DNA of 24,000 nucleotides, taken from NCBI GenBank assembly GCA_022484805.1, contig JAKVKP010000028.1, positions 10,409 through 34,408 on the forward strand. The letters are read 5' to 3'. The first letter of the stretch is position 1. Every line of letters starts with the position of its first letter. Positions 1 to 9,164 of the stretch are shown here, one piece after another. The notes under the pieces were generated by a model. It was given only the letters and a program-made list of their open reading frames with translations. It did not search any database and was not told the origin of the DNA. Source of the stretch: Streptococcaceae bacterium (GTDB lineage: Bacteria; Bacillota; Bacilli; Lactobacillales; Streptococcaceae). Made by a program: the position numbers and the translations under genes.

Positions 1-37
1 TTTAAATTGACGAACCGAAAAATGTTGATTCATCTGA

Positions 38-970
38 TCAATAATTGGATTCACGTCGATTATCTCCCATCAAATAAATTTCTTTCGATAAATAATGAAT
101 ACGCTCCATAACCCGCTTTGCCGGCCAAAGCTCCTCCTGTCCACGAGCAGCATGTGCCAATTTAAGCTCTAATTCGTCCATATTCAAATTAGAAGTAAAG
201 AAGGTCGGCAAATTCTCTTGCATGCGATGCGTTAAAATTGGCTGTAAAACCTCATCTCGAATCCAAGCCGAACCATTTTCGGCACCAATATCATCTAGGA
301 CTAAAATTTCCGCTTGATTAAGTTCAGTAATTTGTACATCAACCTTGTCTTCCTTAATCGCACTTTTAATTTTTTGGGCAAATGTTGGGAAATGAACAAG
401 CAATGTTGAATGTTCTCGCTTGGATAATTCATTAGCAAGCGACGCCATCAGGTAAGTCTTGCCAACACCGAAGGTACCATATAAATAAATGCCCTTGTGA
501 AACACTTTCGGAGCTTGAGCATAGCCTTCAACGAAATCCAAAATAGCATTCAATATCTCACGTCGTTCAGGTGTTCTTTCAATATCCGAAAAGTCAACAT
601 TTTTTAGAGTCGCCGGTAAATGTAAGGTCATAATTCGGTTTTTTAATTCTGCCGTCTTTCGTTGCTCAATCAAATCCAAGGTTGGTTCATAAGAGACATC
701 AACATAATGATGATTTAAAACGAGCTTTGGCTGATAACCAACTGCCACACGATTCTCATCTTGATTAATGAATTTATCACGTTCGATCACATATTCATAA
801 AGCTTCGAAAAGCTATTTTCAACTTCTTGCTCAGTCAATTGATTTGAAGCAATGAAAAGCTGAATTTCTTGATCGCTCAGCACCTTATTCCGAATGACTT
901 CATGATATTTTTCTTGCCAATTTGGTATTTTAGCAGTCAAGTGTTCAAATGATTTTTGAATTTCGTCCAT
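38..970 (-). CDS. dnaI: Primosomal helicase-loader ATPase DnaI
   Basis: 310-aa ORF with AAA+ Walker A 'GTFGVGKTYL' and Walker B 'ILVLDDIG'. It follows dnaB with a TAATG stop/start overlap at 970, in the conserved Firmicute nrdR-dnaB-dnaI order. Confidence 0.9.
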   Translation of the reverse strand: MDEIQKSFEHLTAKIPNWQEKYHEVIRNKVLSDQEIQLFIASNQLTEQEVENSFSKLYEYVIERDKFINQDENRVAVGYQPKLVLNHHYVDVSYEPTLDLIEQRKTAELKNRIMTLHLPATLKNVDFSDIERTPERREILNAILDFVEGYAQAPKVFHKGIYLYGTFGVGKTYLMASLANELSKREHSTLLVHFPTFAQKIKSAIKEDKVDVQITELNQAEILVLDDIGAENGSAWIRDEVLQPILTHRMQENLPTFFTSNLNMDELELKLAHAARGQEELWPAKRVMERIHYLSKEIYLMGDNRRESNY

Positions 971-1962
971 TATGCTCCCCCTTCCTCAAGTTTAGCAAAG
1001 CGCGCATCTAAGGCATCCATTTCTTCTTGAGAAACCTCTAATTCCACTTTTTGATTGACCCATTTGGGAACCTGTCCAACTTGATTTTTTGAATTACTTG
1101 CTGGCTGGCTAGCTTTGGCACGTACAGGTCTCGTATTATGCTGTTTAATACGACTCATGGCACCAAAAGCGGTTTGGACATTATTTTGCAGCCAATCCAG
1201 AATTACAGTATCCAAATATTTTTTAACTAATTTCGGCTGTTTTTCGCGGCCTAAGCTTAAATAAACGGCCATATTGATTAATTCTGGATTAATTTTCGGA
1301 TTTGCAATCATCTTTTGAATAATAATTGTTTCATCATCAGTTACATAGCCATTATTTTGATATTTAATTGTCGCTAAAAAATCCTGTGGATTAATTGATT
1401 GGGCAATCTTAACAACCTGCTGCTCAGAATTCGTCAAGCCCTCAGCCGCCTCCTCAATCCCTTGATCTGGTTTAAATTTTTCAGAATTGACAGCTGAATT
1501 ATGTTCAGCCGTTTCAATCTGCTTTTGATCTTCTCCTAAAATAAATACCTCACTAAATTTTTTAGATATTTTATTGGCGTGGATTGGTCTACTAGCATTA
1601 AGCTGATCAAATTCCTGTTCTCCAATACTTGATTTTAGCAAACGGCAAAGTGCTGGTTGTGCTAAAAATTCATCAAAAGCAAGCGGTAATTTCGGTTGCA
1701 TGATATATCGCTCGCCATCCTCATATGTTTCTAAGAGCTGAATTGCTTCTAGTTGCAATCTAGCCTGCTCAAACGCTGAAAAAGATAAGTGAAGTTTTTG
1801 AAGTATCAGATTAACTCTGAATTCTTTTTTTGAAAAAAATAAGTATTGGTAAAAGCAAAGTGCATCATTACCAATTATTGGTAAATATAAGGAAAATAAA
1901 CCATTTAAGTTTTGTAATTCAGCTGTCCCTTTTTCAATCAAAACTAAACTATTCGATTTCAC
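970..1962 (-). CDS. dnaB: Replication initiation/membrane attachment protein DnaB (Firmicute helicase-loading DnaB/DnaD-like, not the replicative helicase)
   Basis: 330-aa ORF lying between nrdR and dnaI. The N-terminal 'LYLPIIG' segment resembles the 'LYQPLIG' motif of Bacillus DnaB (recalled from memory). GTG start at 1962, with SD GAGG at 1973-1970 seven nt upstream. The N-terminus is uncertain; see the finding on the in-frame TAG. Confidence 0.75.
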   Translation of the reverse strand: MKSNSLVLIEKGTAELQNLNGLFSLYLPIIGNDALCFYQYLFFSKKEFRVNLILQKLHLSFSAFEQARLQLEAIQLLETYEDGERYIMQPKLPLAFDEFLAQPALCRLLKSSIGEQEFDQLNASRPIHANKISKKFSEVFILGEDQKQIETAEHNSAVNSEKFKPDQGIEEAAEGLTNSEQQVVKIAQSINPQDFLATIKYQNNGYVTDDETIIIQKMIANPKINPELINMAVYLSLGREKQPKLVKKYLDTVILDWLQNNVQTAFGAMSRIKQHNTRPVRAKASQPASNSKNQVGQVPKWVNQKVELEVSQEEMDALDARFAKLEEGGA

Positions 1963-2017
1963 CTAAAAACCTCGTAATCTAACAAAACTCATTTTAAGCT
2001 TCATGTTAAATTCTTTC

Positions 2018-2518
2018 TTATTTTTTATTTTTTTCAATGGTAGAATTGTCAGAATTACCATTACGGATATGCTGCATCATATCTTCTAGTTCCTCTAAAA
2101 AGACACTCATATCTTTAAATTGACGATAAACGCTAGCAAAACGAATATAGGCAACCTCATCAACTTTTGCCAGTTCTTCCATCACATATTCACCAACCTG
2201 ATTGGTTGAAATCTCACTTTCACCAATTGCTAATACTTTTTTTTCAACCTTATCGACAATTTCAGTCATTTGATCCATTGAAATAGATCTTTTTTCCGCA
2301 CTTCGAACAATACCTCTTAATATTTTTTCACGCTTAAATTCTTCACGTTCGCCATTCTTTTTAACAACTAATAGTGGCGTTTGTTCAATTCTTTCAAAGG
2401 TCGTAAATCTAAAACCACAATTTTCACACTCACGTCTACGGCGAATTGCACCACCATCTTCCAATTGGCGACTATCCACCACTTTGGAGCGATTATCTTT
2501 ACATTTAGGACATTTCAT
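2018..2518 (-). CDS. nrdR: Transcriptional repressor NrdR (zinc ribbon + ATP-cone)
   Basis: 166 aa. Begins 'MKCPKCKDNRSKVVDSR...RRRRECENCGFRFTTFE', i.e. a CxxC...CxxC zinc ribbon followed by an ATP-cone. SD AAGGGGGA lies upstream of the ATG. Confidence 0.95.
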   Translation of the reverse strand: MKCPKCKDNRSKVVDSRQLEDGGAIRRRRECENCGFRFTTFERIEQTPLLVVKKNGEREEFKREKILRGIVRSAEKRSISMDQMTEIVDKVEKKVLAIGESEISTNQVGEYVMEELAKVDEVAYIRFASVYRQFKDMSVFLEELEDMMQHIRNGNSDNSTIEKNKK

Positions 2519-2553
2519 GAGCAGTTCCCCCTTACATCAGACTATTTTGATTA

Positions 2554-2562
2554 ATTATAACA
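2554..2562 (-). promoter_or_regulatory. Extended -10 promoter of nrdR-dnaB-dnaI (TGTTATAAT)
   Basis: The minus strand reads AGATATGTTATAAT, about 35 nt upstream of the nrdR ATG. No good -35 element. Confidence 0.5.
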
Positions 2563-2826
2563 TATCTCACACATCAGTCGTTGTTTTTTCAAATCTTTAC
2601 TTTTAGATTACTCAAAAAGCTAAGATGACTGTTTAGGCATACTCGAACGGTAAACCAAGATTTTTGAGATAAAGGAAACTTACGACTTTAGTCGTTAGTT
2701 GACTTATCAATGATAAATGAGTGACTCGGAGAGCATTGTCAAGCGCCGATATTAGATTAATCCATTAATAAAAATCACTATTAAAATGAAATACCATTTT
2801 TATACAATCAAGACAAAAAACTCTAA

Positions 2827-2868
2827 AAAGACTTTTAAAAAACCATTTAAAGTTTTTTAAAAGTCTTT
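2827..2868 (-). terminator. Rho-independent terminator of gltBD
   Basis: Perfect 17-bp stem, AAAGACTTTTAAAAAAC (2827-2843) against GTTTTTTAAAAGTCTTT (2852-2868), with an 8-nt loop. Starts 9 nt after the gltD stop. U-rich tail on the minus strand. Confidence 0.8.
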
Positions 2869-2876
2869 ATTATAAT

Positions 2877-4316
2877 TTATTGCGCTACTAGTGCTCTCAA
2901 TGACGTATCAACCTTTTCAGCAGCCAATCGACCTTCACGAATTGCCCAAATAACTAAACTTGGCCCACGTTTGGCGTCACCTGCGACATAAACACGCTCA
3001 TTGTCAGTCGTGTAGTCATCTAAAATTTCTTTAACATCAAATTGCTCGAATAAACTTTGCTCAGCACCTGTAAAGCCCATTGCTAATAAAACTAAATCTG
3101 CTTTAATCGTCTTAGCTGTTCCCTCAATTGGTTGAAAGTTCGGTCCTACCTTAACTGTTTCAATCGCAATTAGCTGTCCACGTTCTGCTCCAATAAATGA
3201 AGTAGTCGAGGTTGAAAATTCAGTTAACATTGTATCCTGAACAAAATTGGCTTCCTCTTGACCATAACCAAGTCTAGATACCATTGGATATTCTGGCCAT
3301 GGGTTACCATCACCACGATGCTCTGGTAATTGCGGTGTAATTTCAAGTTGTGTTACACGCGCTGCACCTTGACGAACAGCCGTACCAATACAGTCATTCC
3401 CAGTGTCACCGCCACCGATAACGACAACGTGCTTGCCAGCTAAAACTTGATTCACCTTATCTTTACCATGACGTAAGACATTTTTAGTTGTTTCGGTCAG
3501 ATAATCAACAGCAAAGCGAACACCTTGAAGCTGACGACCTGGAATATTTAAGTCTCGAGGTACGCTGGCACCGCTAGCAATAATTACACGATCAAAATCA
3601 GCATATAGTTCTTCAGCCGTAATATCCGTACCAATTTCAGTATTGGCAATAAAATTAATACCAACTTTTTTCATAACATCAATTCGACGCTCAATCACAT
3701 CTTTATCAAGCTTCATATTTGGGATACCATACATTAATAGTCCACCAAAACGGTCACTACGTTCAAAGATTGTCACTGTGTGTCCAAGCTGATTTAAACG
3801 CCAAGCAGCAGATAGACCTGCTGGACCAGAACCAACGATTGCAACCTTGAAATTCGTTCTTTCAACAGGATACCCAGTTGCTTCCACCCAGTCATTATCA
3901 AACGCAGTATCAATAATAAAGCGTTCGTTATCGTGAATGGCTACACCGGCACCATTTAAGGCTTCGGTACAAGACTTTTCGCACGGCGCAGGACAGACAC
4001 GACCTGTCATTTCAGGTAGAGGATTGGTCCGAGCAAGACGCTCAAACGCTTTTTTAAATTCACCACGATAAACTAAATCATTCCATTCAGGAATTAAATT
4101 GTCATTTGGACAGCCAGCCACCGCTCGCTTACCACCGTAGAAAACACCTGAATGACAAAACGGAATACCGCAGTTCATACAACGAGCAGCTTGCTCGATA
4201 CGCGCTTCTTCAGAAAGTGGTGTTTGTAATTCTTCCCAATCATTAATCCGTTCTTCAACTGGACGGTAGGGATTGTCAATTCTTTTATATTTCAAAAAAC
4301 CAAAAGGATTTGCCAT
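2877..4316 (-). CDS. gltD: Glutamate synthase small (NADPH) subunit
   Basis: 479 aa. Cys clusters 'CMNCGIPFCHSG' and 'CPAPCEKSC'; dinucleotide fold 'VAIVGSGPAGLSAA'. The start overlaps the gltB stop (TAATG at 4316). Confidence 0.93.
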   Translation of the reverse strand: MANPFGFLKYKRIDNPYRPVEERINDWEELQTPLSEEARIEQAARCMNCGIPFCHSGVFYGGKRAVAGCPNDNLIPEWNDLVYRGEFKKAFERLARTNPLPEMTGRVCPAPCEKSCTEALNGAGVAIHDNERFIIDTAFDNDWVEATGYPVERTNFKVAIVGSGPAGLSAAWRLNQLGHTVTIFERSDRFGGLLMYGIPNMKLDKDVIERRIDVMKKVGINFIANTEIGTDITAEELYADFDRVIIASGASVPRDLNIPGRQLQGVRFAVDYLTETTKNVLRHGKDKVNQVLAGKHVVVIGGGDTGNDCIGTAVRQGAARVTQLEITPQLPEHRGDGNPWPEYPMVSRLGYGQEEANFVQDTMLTEFSTSTTSFIGAERGQLIAIETVKVGPNFQPIEGTAKTIKADLVLLAMGFTGAEQSLFEQFDVKEILDDYTTDNERVYVAGDAKRGPSLVIWAIREGRLAAEKVDTSLRALVAQ

Positions 4317-7300
4317 TATTTGCCACCTCCGACATAAGTTGCTTTCTTTCCAGTTGTTGCGACTTCAAAACTTTGGAATAGTAGCTCATCACCAGTAAGT
4401 CCTTCTGTTTCAAGCGCCTCGGTAATATCATTAATTTTATGGAAATCAGTTGGGTAAACCTTAACAAAATTTTGAGACTCTGCTTCCCAATTAGCTAAGA
4501 GATTTTTTGCTTTATTGGAACCAGTGTATTCAAGATGTTTTTGAACTAACTCTTTCAACACATCATCACCAGAAGTTTCACCAATCTTGAATAAATCAAC
4601 CATTTCAGCATTTAAATTGCCAGCCAATTTATTTTCAGGGTCATAAACATAAGCGACACCACCAGACATACCTGCCCCAAAATTACGCCCTGTTGAGCCA
4701 AGAATAACCGCAACACCACCGGTCATATATTCGCAACCGTGGTCACCAACACCCTCGACAACAACTGATGCACCACTATTACGCACGCAGAATCTTTCGC
4801 CAGCACGTCCCAAGAAATAAGCTTCTCCACGGTTTGCGCCAAAACAAGAGACATTCCCAACAATTGGAGAATTTTCAATATCATAGCTTGCATCTTTCGG
4901 TGGCACAACAATCAAACGACCACCACTTAAGCCTTTACCGATATAATCATTTGCTTCACCAATTAATTTAAGCTCCATGCCTTGTGTGGCAAAAGCACCA
5001 AAACTTTGACCGGCAATACCCGTATAACGATATTTCAATAAGCCCGGCTTAACTTCATAGTTACCATAGCGTTCGGCAATCCAACCGCCCATTCTGGCAC
5101 CAACTGCACGATCAAGGTTGTTAATTGGATTATCAATCGTTACTTCAAGATTTTGATCAATTGCTGAATTAGCAAAGCTGTCTAGTTCTTTCCATTGACG
5201 TTTTTCATAGAATGGATCGATTGCTTTTCTATCAATACTAATTGATGGACCAAGAATCCTAGAGAAATCAAGAGATTTCGCTTTACCCTTAGCAACAAAA
5301 CGTGGTTTAAGTACTTCGGTTTGACCAATTAATTCATCAACCGTTCTAAAGCCAAGTTCAGCCATTACTTCACGTAATTCTTCAGCCATAAAGAACATCA
5401 TATTTACAACGTGCTCTGGCTTACCGGCAAAATGTTTTCTTAATTCAGGATTTTGAGTTGCCACACCGACTGGACAAGTATTTAAGCTACACACACGCAT
5501 CATGATACAACCAACTGCAGCAAGGGCAAGTGTTGCAAATGAAAATTCCTCAGCCCCTAAGATAGCGGCAATCGCAATATCACGTCCCGTCATCAGCTTA
5601 CCATCAGTTTCCAAAATCATTCGTTGACGTAGCCCATTCATCGCTAAGGTTTGATGAGCTTCAGCAAGTCCCATTTCCCATGGTAAACCAGCATCACGAA
5701 CTGAATTTCTCGGTGAAGCACCTGTTCCACCATCATAACCAGCAATCACGACAACATCCGCGCCAGCCTTAACACAACCAGTTGCAATTGTACCAACGCC
5801 TGTTGAGGATACGAGCTTACAGTTAACCTTTGCATATGGATTAATTTTCTTTAAGTCAAAAATTAACTGTGCTAAGTCTTCAATTGAATAGATATCATGG
5901 TGTGGTGGTGGTGAAATCAGAGACACGCCTGGTGTTGAACCTCGAATTTCAGCAACCCAAGGAAAAGCCTTAGTACCAGGCAATTGACCACCTTCACCGG
6001 GTTTTGCACCTTGAGCAAGCTTGATTTGTAATTCTTCTGCACTCATCAAGTATTCAGCATTGACACCGAAGCGGCCAGAGGCAACTTGCTTAATTTTAGA
6101 ATTAAGCCATGTCCCGTCTGCCTTCTTTTTAAAACGATTTCTATTTTCGCCACCCTCACCAGAATTCGATTTAGCACCGATTGAATTCATCGCCTCAGCG
6201 ATACATTCATGTGCTTCTTTTGAAAGTGAGCCAAAGCTCATTGCGCCGACCTTAAATCGCTTAACGATTTCTGAAGCTGGTTCTACTTCTTCAATTGCCA
6301 CGCTTGGACGATTCGCCGAAAATTCCCACATTGCACGTAAAGTCGTTGGTGATTTTAGAGCTTCCTCGTTCATTTGCTCTGTGTATTGTTTGAATAAGCT
6401 ATAATCCCCTGCCCGAATCGCTTTTTGGAAATTATAAATTGACTGTGGATTATATAAATGATGCTCACCATCGGTTTTATATTGGAATGAGCCACCACTC
6501 GGTAAGAAATCGCGTTGCTTTTCTCCAAACGCATATTCATAACGTTTGAGATACTCTGCTTCAATTTGGAATAAGTTCAAGCCACCAATACGACTAACCG
6601 TACCAACAAAGAATTTATTTACTACTTCATCTGACAAGCCTACTGCTTCAAATAATTGTGCGCCATGGTAACCAGCAATGGTTGAAATACCCATTCGGCT
6701 CATGACCTTAACAATACCTTTTTCACAAGCTTTTCTGTAATTTTCAAGCAATTTTTCATCAGAACTAAAATCTTTAATCGTTTGATAAGCACCATACGGA
6801 TGGATGGCACTTGCGCCATAACCGATTAGAGTTGCAAAGTGATGAACTTCATTCACTTCTGCTGAGTCTACAACGATTGAAAAAGCGCCACCTTTACCTT
6901 TATCAACCATATAATTATGGAGACCCGAAACCGCAAGTAAAATTGGCATTGGCATTGTAGCTGCACTAACCCCGCGGTCACTTAATACAATAATACTTGT
7001 ACCATTATCTACTAATTTTTCAACCGCCTTAAACATATCTTCAAGGGCATGATGTAAACGTGTTGGTGTTTCTGGTTGCAAATTGTAAAGTGTTGAAACA
7101 GTGCTGACTTTATGCTTACGATCTTTTAATTTCGCTAATTTTTCAAAATCCGCTGTTGAAAGAACCGGTGAATCCACCTTAACCTTGACACAATTATCTG
7201 CTGAATCAACTAATAAATTACCATCACGACCCAAATACATTTCAGTACCGATGACTAATTTTTCACGAATCGCATCGATTGGTGGGTTGGTGACCTGAGC

Positions 7301-8815
7301 AAATTGTTGTTTAAAATAAGTAAACAAGCTTTGTGGCTGATCACTTAAAACAGCAAGTGGTGAATCAAAGCCCATTGAAATGACAGGCTCTTCACCCTTT
7401 TCAGCCATTGCCAAAATCACGGTACGAATAGCTTCGTCAGTGTAGCCAAACATTTTCCAAACAGTCGCCAATTCTTCAGTTGTTAAATCTGCAGGTATTG
7501 ATTGAGCCTTCAAATCGTCAATGTGCAATAAGCTTTTATCTAACCATTTTTGGTATGGATGCTGTTCAGCATAATATTTTTTAACCGCTTCATTTTTGGT
7601 AACAGTTCCTTTTTTTGTATCAATCAAAATCATGTTACCAGGTCCAAGAACTCCTTTTTCAACAACTCTTGAAGGCTCTAAGTCAACGACACCACTTTCC
7701 GAAGAACAGACAATAAAATTATCTTTAGTAATTGAATAGCGTGAAGGACGCAAGCCATTTCTATCTAGACGAGCACCAACTGTATCACCATCGGTGAAAA
7801 CTAAGGCCGCAGGTCCATCCCAAGGTGCCATGAAGCTAGTTGCATATTCATAAAACGCCGTAAGTTCAGGTGATAGTCCGGCCTGCTTACCCCAAGCTTC
7901 TGGAATCATCATTAATAAGCTTTGTGGAATATCTCGTCCATTACGATAAAGATACTCCATACAATTTTCCAATTTCGCTGAATCTGAATTTTCATCATTA
8001 TAAACTTCAACATTATGTGAAGTCATCCAGTTTTCAGCACCCCGCAAGGTATTGATTTCACCATTATGTGCAAGGAATCTGAATGGTTGCGCACGATCCC
8101 AGCTTGGGAAAGTATTAGTTGAAAAGCGTGAATGTGTTAAGGCAATACAACTTGTCATATGGGGATCTGAAAGGTCTGGATAAAACAAGCGGACTTGGAA
8201 AGCATGGAGCATGCCTTTATAAACAAGCGTTTTTGATGAAAGTGAACAGATAAACATTTCCTCTGGTGAAAAGACTTTTTCTAACTTTCTTCTAAGACGG
8301 AATAAACGATCTTCAAATTCTCTAGTTTCTGCTACCTCAATTGGCTTTTCAATCACTACTTGTGCGAAGCTTGGCATCACCTTTTGCGCACCAGGACCAC
8401 AATTATCAAAATTAAATGGCACATCTCTAGTAAAAATCACACGGTAGCCAGCAGTTTCAATTTCAGTAACAATTGCTTGAAGTAATTGTGTTTTCTTTAT
8501 GTGATCTTTAGGTAGGAAAAACATACCAACCGCATAATCACCGCTTTTTGGCAACTCAATATTTCTTTTATTTGCCTTTGTTCTAAAGAATTCATCAGGC
8601 ATTGATAGTAAAATACCAGCACCATCACCAGTGTCCGGTTCTGCCCCAGTACCACCACGATGATTCATTCTTTCTAACATCGTCAACGCATAATCAATCA
8701 ACTTATGTGATGGTACGCCATCGATTTGAGCGACAAAACCCATACCGCAAGCATCTGATTCAAATGAAGGATCCCATAGTGTTGTTTGCATTGCTTTTTT
8801 CGCAGCTGATTTCAT
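4316..8815 (-). CDS. gltB: Glutamate synthase large subunit
   Basis: 1499 aa. Ntn-amidotransferase Cys after a short propeptide ('...SDACGMGFVA'), an FMN/Fe-S central domain ('NSGEGGE'), and a C-terminal GXGXG beta-helix region ('GAGMSGGVAYV'). SD AAGAGGTG lies upstream. Confidence 0.95.
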   Translation of the reverse strand: MKSAAKKAMQTTLWDPSFESDACGMGFVAQIDGVPSHKLIDYALTMLERMNHRGGTGAEPDTGDGAGILLSMPDEFFRTKANKRNIELPKSGDYAVGMFFLPKDHIKKTQLLQAIVTEIETAGYRVIFTRDVPFNFDNCGPGAQKVMPSFAQVVIEKPIEVAETREFEDRLFRLRRKLEKVFSPEEMFICSLSSKTLVYKGMLHAFQVRLFYPDLSDPHMTSCIALTHSRFSTNTFPSWDRAQPFRFLAHNGEINTLRGAENWMTSHNVEVYNDENSDSAKLENCMEYLYRNGRDIPQSLLMMIPEAWGKQAGLSPELTAFYEYATSFMAPWDGPAALVFTDGDTVGARLDRNGLRPSRYSITKDNFIVCSSESGVVDLEPSRVVEKGVLGPGNMILIDTKKGTVTKNEAVKKYYAEQHPYQKWLDKSLLHIDDLKAQSIPADLTTEELATVWKMFGYTDEAIRTVILAMAEKGEEPVISMGFDSPLAVLSDQPQSLFTYFKQQFAQVTNPPIDAIREKLVIGTEMYLGRDGNLLVDSADNCVKVKVDSPVLSTADFEKLAKLKDRKHKVSTVSTLYNLQPETPTRLHHALEDMFKAVEKLVDNGTSIIVLSDRGVSAATMPMPILLAVSGLHNYMVDKGKGGAFSIVVDSAEVNEVHHFATLIGYGASAIHPYGAYQTIKDFSSDEKLLENYRKACEKGIVKVMSRMGISTIAGYHGAQLFEAVGLSDEVVNKFFVGTVSRIGGLNLFQIEAEYLKRYEYAFGEKQRDFLPSGGSFQYKTDGEHHLYNPQSIYNFQKAIRAGDYSLFKQYTEQMNEEALKSPTTLRAMWEFSANRPSVAIEEVEPASEIVKRFKVGAMSFGSLSKEAHECIAEAMNSIGAKSNSGEGGENRNRFKKKADGTWLNSKIKQVASGRFGVNAEYLMSAEELQIKLAQGAKPGEGGQLPGTKAFPWVAEIRGSTPGVSLISPPPHHDIYSIEDLAQLIFDLKKINPYAKVNCKLVSSTGVGTIATGCVKAGADVVVIAGYDGGTGASPRNSVRDAGLPWEMGLAEAHQTLAMNGLRQRMILETDGKLMTGRDIAIAAILGAEEFSFATLALAAVGCIMMRVCSLNTCPVGVATQNPELRKHFAGKPEHVVNMMFFMAEELREVMAELGFRTVDELIGQTEVLKPRFVAKGKAKSLDFSRILGPSISIDRKAIDPFYEKRQWKELDSFANSAIDQNLEVTIDNPINNLDRAVGARMGGWIAERYGNYEVKPGLLKYRYTGIAGQSFGAFATQGMELKLIGEANDYIGKGLSGGRLIVVPPKDASYDIENSPIVGNVSCFGANRGEAYFLGRAGERFCVRNSGASVVVEGVGDHGCEYMTGGVAVILGSTGRNFGAGMSGGVAYVYDPENKLAGNLNAEMVDLFKIGETSGDDVLKELVQKHLEYTGSNKAKNLLANWEAESQNFVKVYPTDFHKINDITEALETEGLTGDELLFQSFEVATTGKKATYVGGGK

Positions 8816-8891
8816 TTTTCACACCTCTTAAATATTTTCAGTAAATTTTTGTGAAACTAACATCGAATGTAACCTAAACTGATTTATTAAA

Positions 8892-8920
8892 ATTCTACCT
8901 ATATTTTAACTAAGTTTCAA
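8892..8920 (-). promoter_or_regulatory. SigA-type promoter of gltBD
   Basis: The minus strand reads TTGAAA, a 17-nt spacer, then TAGAAT. This leaves a leader of about 70 nt before the gltB SD. Confidence 0.6.
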
Positions 8921-8921
8921 C

Positions 8922-8936
8922 AATTTTCTGAATTTT
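8922..8936. promoter_or_regulatory. CodY-box-like element abutting the gltB -35
   Basis: AATTTTCTGAATTTT matches the published 15-bp CodY consensus AATTTTCWGAAAATT at 13 of 15 positions. It lies 1 nt from the -35 hexamer. AT-rich context raises the chance of a false positive. Confidence 0.35.
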
Positions 8937-8977
8937 TTGTAAAAATTAACAGAATATAATAGATAAATAACATTTTA

Positions 8978-9004
8978 GCTAATAAATCACCGATTTTTAT
9001 TAGC
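8978..9004. promoter_or_regulatory. Perfect 9-bp inverted repeat GCTAATAAA-N9-TTTATTAGC (candidate operator)
   Basis: Read directly from the sequence. No flanking U-tract on either strand, so it is unlikely to be a terminator. It sits between the divergent gltB and zwf promoters. Confidence 0.3.
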
Positions 9005-9155
9005 GAATCTTAACTTTAACCCTAAATAAAAAATTTGATACCTTTTTTCAAAGTTATTTTAACACATTTTTAATGAAAATGAGTGATATTAGAACTGATA
9101 AATAAATTATTGATTTGAAATATCAGGCGAAAAGCTCCTTTTTGTGACTTATTCA

Positions 9156-9164
9156 TGATAGAAT
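9156..9164 (+). promoter_or_regulatory. Extended -10 promoter of zwf (TGATAGAAT)
   Basis: The TG-N-TAGAAT element ends 36 nt (9165-9200) upstream of ATG 9201. Confidence 0.45.

Noticed and set aside
1-33. A possible new minus-strand ORF starting at ATG 33, four nt after the dnaI stop (MNQHFSVRQFK...), running off the window edge.
   Set aside because: Only 11 codons are visible, there is no recognisable SD, and the sequence does not match the thrS N-terminus that often follows dnaI. Too little sequence to call.
2554-2567. An identical 14-mer, ATTATAACATATCT, occurs upstream of nrdR (2554-2567) and upstream of the tautomerase gene (18084-18097). Considered as a shared operator or repeat element.
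   Set aside because: On the minus strand both read AGATATGTTATAAT, which is simply an extended -10 promoter. One 14-mer coincidence is expected by chance in 24 kb of AT-rich DNA.
2704-2716. The palindrome TTATCA-A-TGATAA, considered as a Fur/PerR/Zur box.
   Set aside because: The half-sites are in the opposite orientation to the 7-1-7 Fur-family motif (TGATAAT-N-ATTATCA). It is kept only as an unexplained palindrome within the 2563-2826 finding.
4285-8844. Nine 60-127-aa ORFs in the track that overlap gltB (or the gltB/gltD junction), either antisense or in an alternative frame of the same strand (e.g. 6021-6404 +, 4768-4971 +, 8602-8844 +, 4723-4911 -).
   Set aside because: All lie inside, or mostly inside, a well-supported 1499-aa gene. 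They have low-complexity or odd composition and no SD, which is typical of shadow ORFs. The same applies to 10041-10315 (-) inside zwf, 13338-13523 (+), 15013-15273 (-), 16786-17001 (+), 18285-18479 (-), 18732-18935 (-), 19265-19465 (+), 20464-21260 (+), 22559-22762 (+) and 23199-23402 (+).
8850-8862. TGTGAAACTAACA in the gltB leader, considered as a TnrA/GlnR site.
   Set aside because: The TnrA/GlnR consensus is TGTNA-N7-TNACA (17 bp). Here the half-sites are only 3 nt apart, and no 17-bp match was found elsewhere in the spacer.
9073-9105. A 10-aa ORF (MKMSDIRTDK) upstream of zwf, considered as a possible leader peptide.
   Set aside because: No SD, it lies upstream of the predicted zwf promoter, and nothing suggests attenuation.
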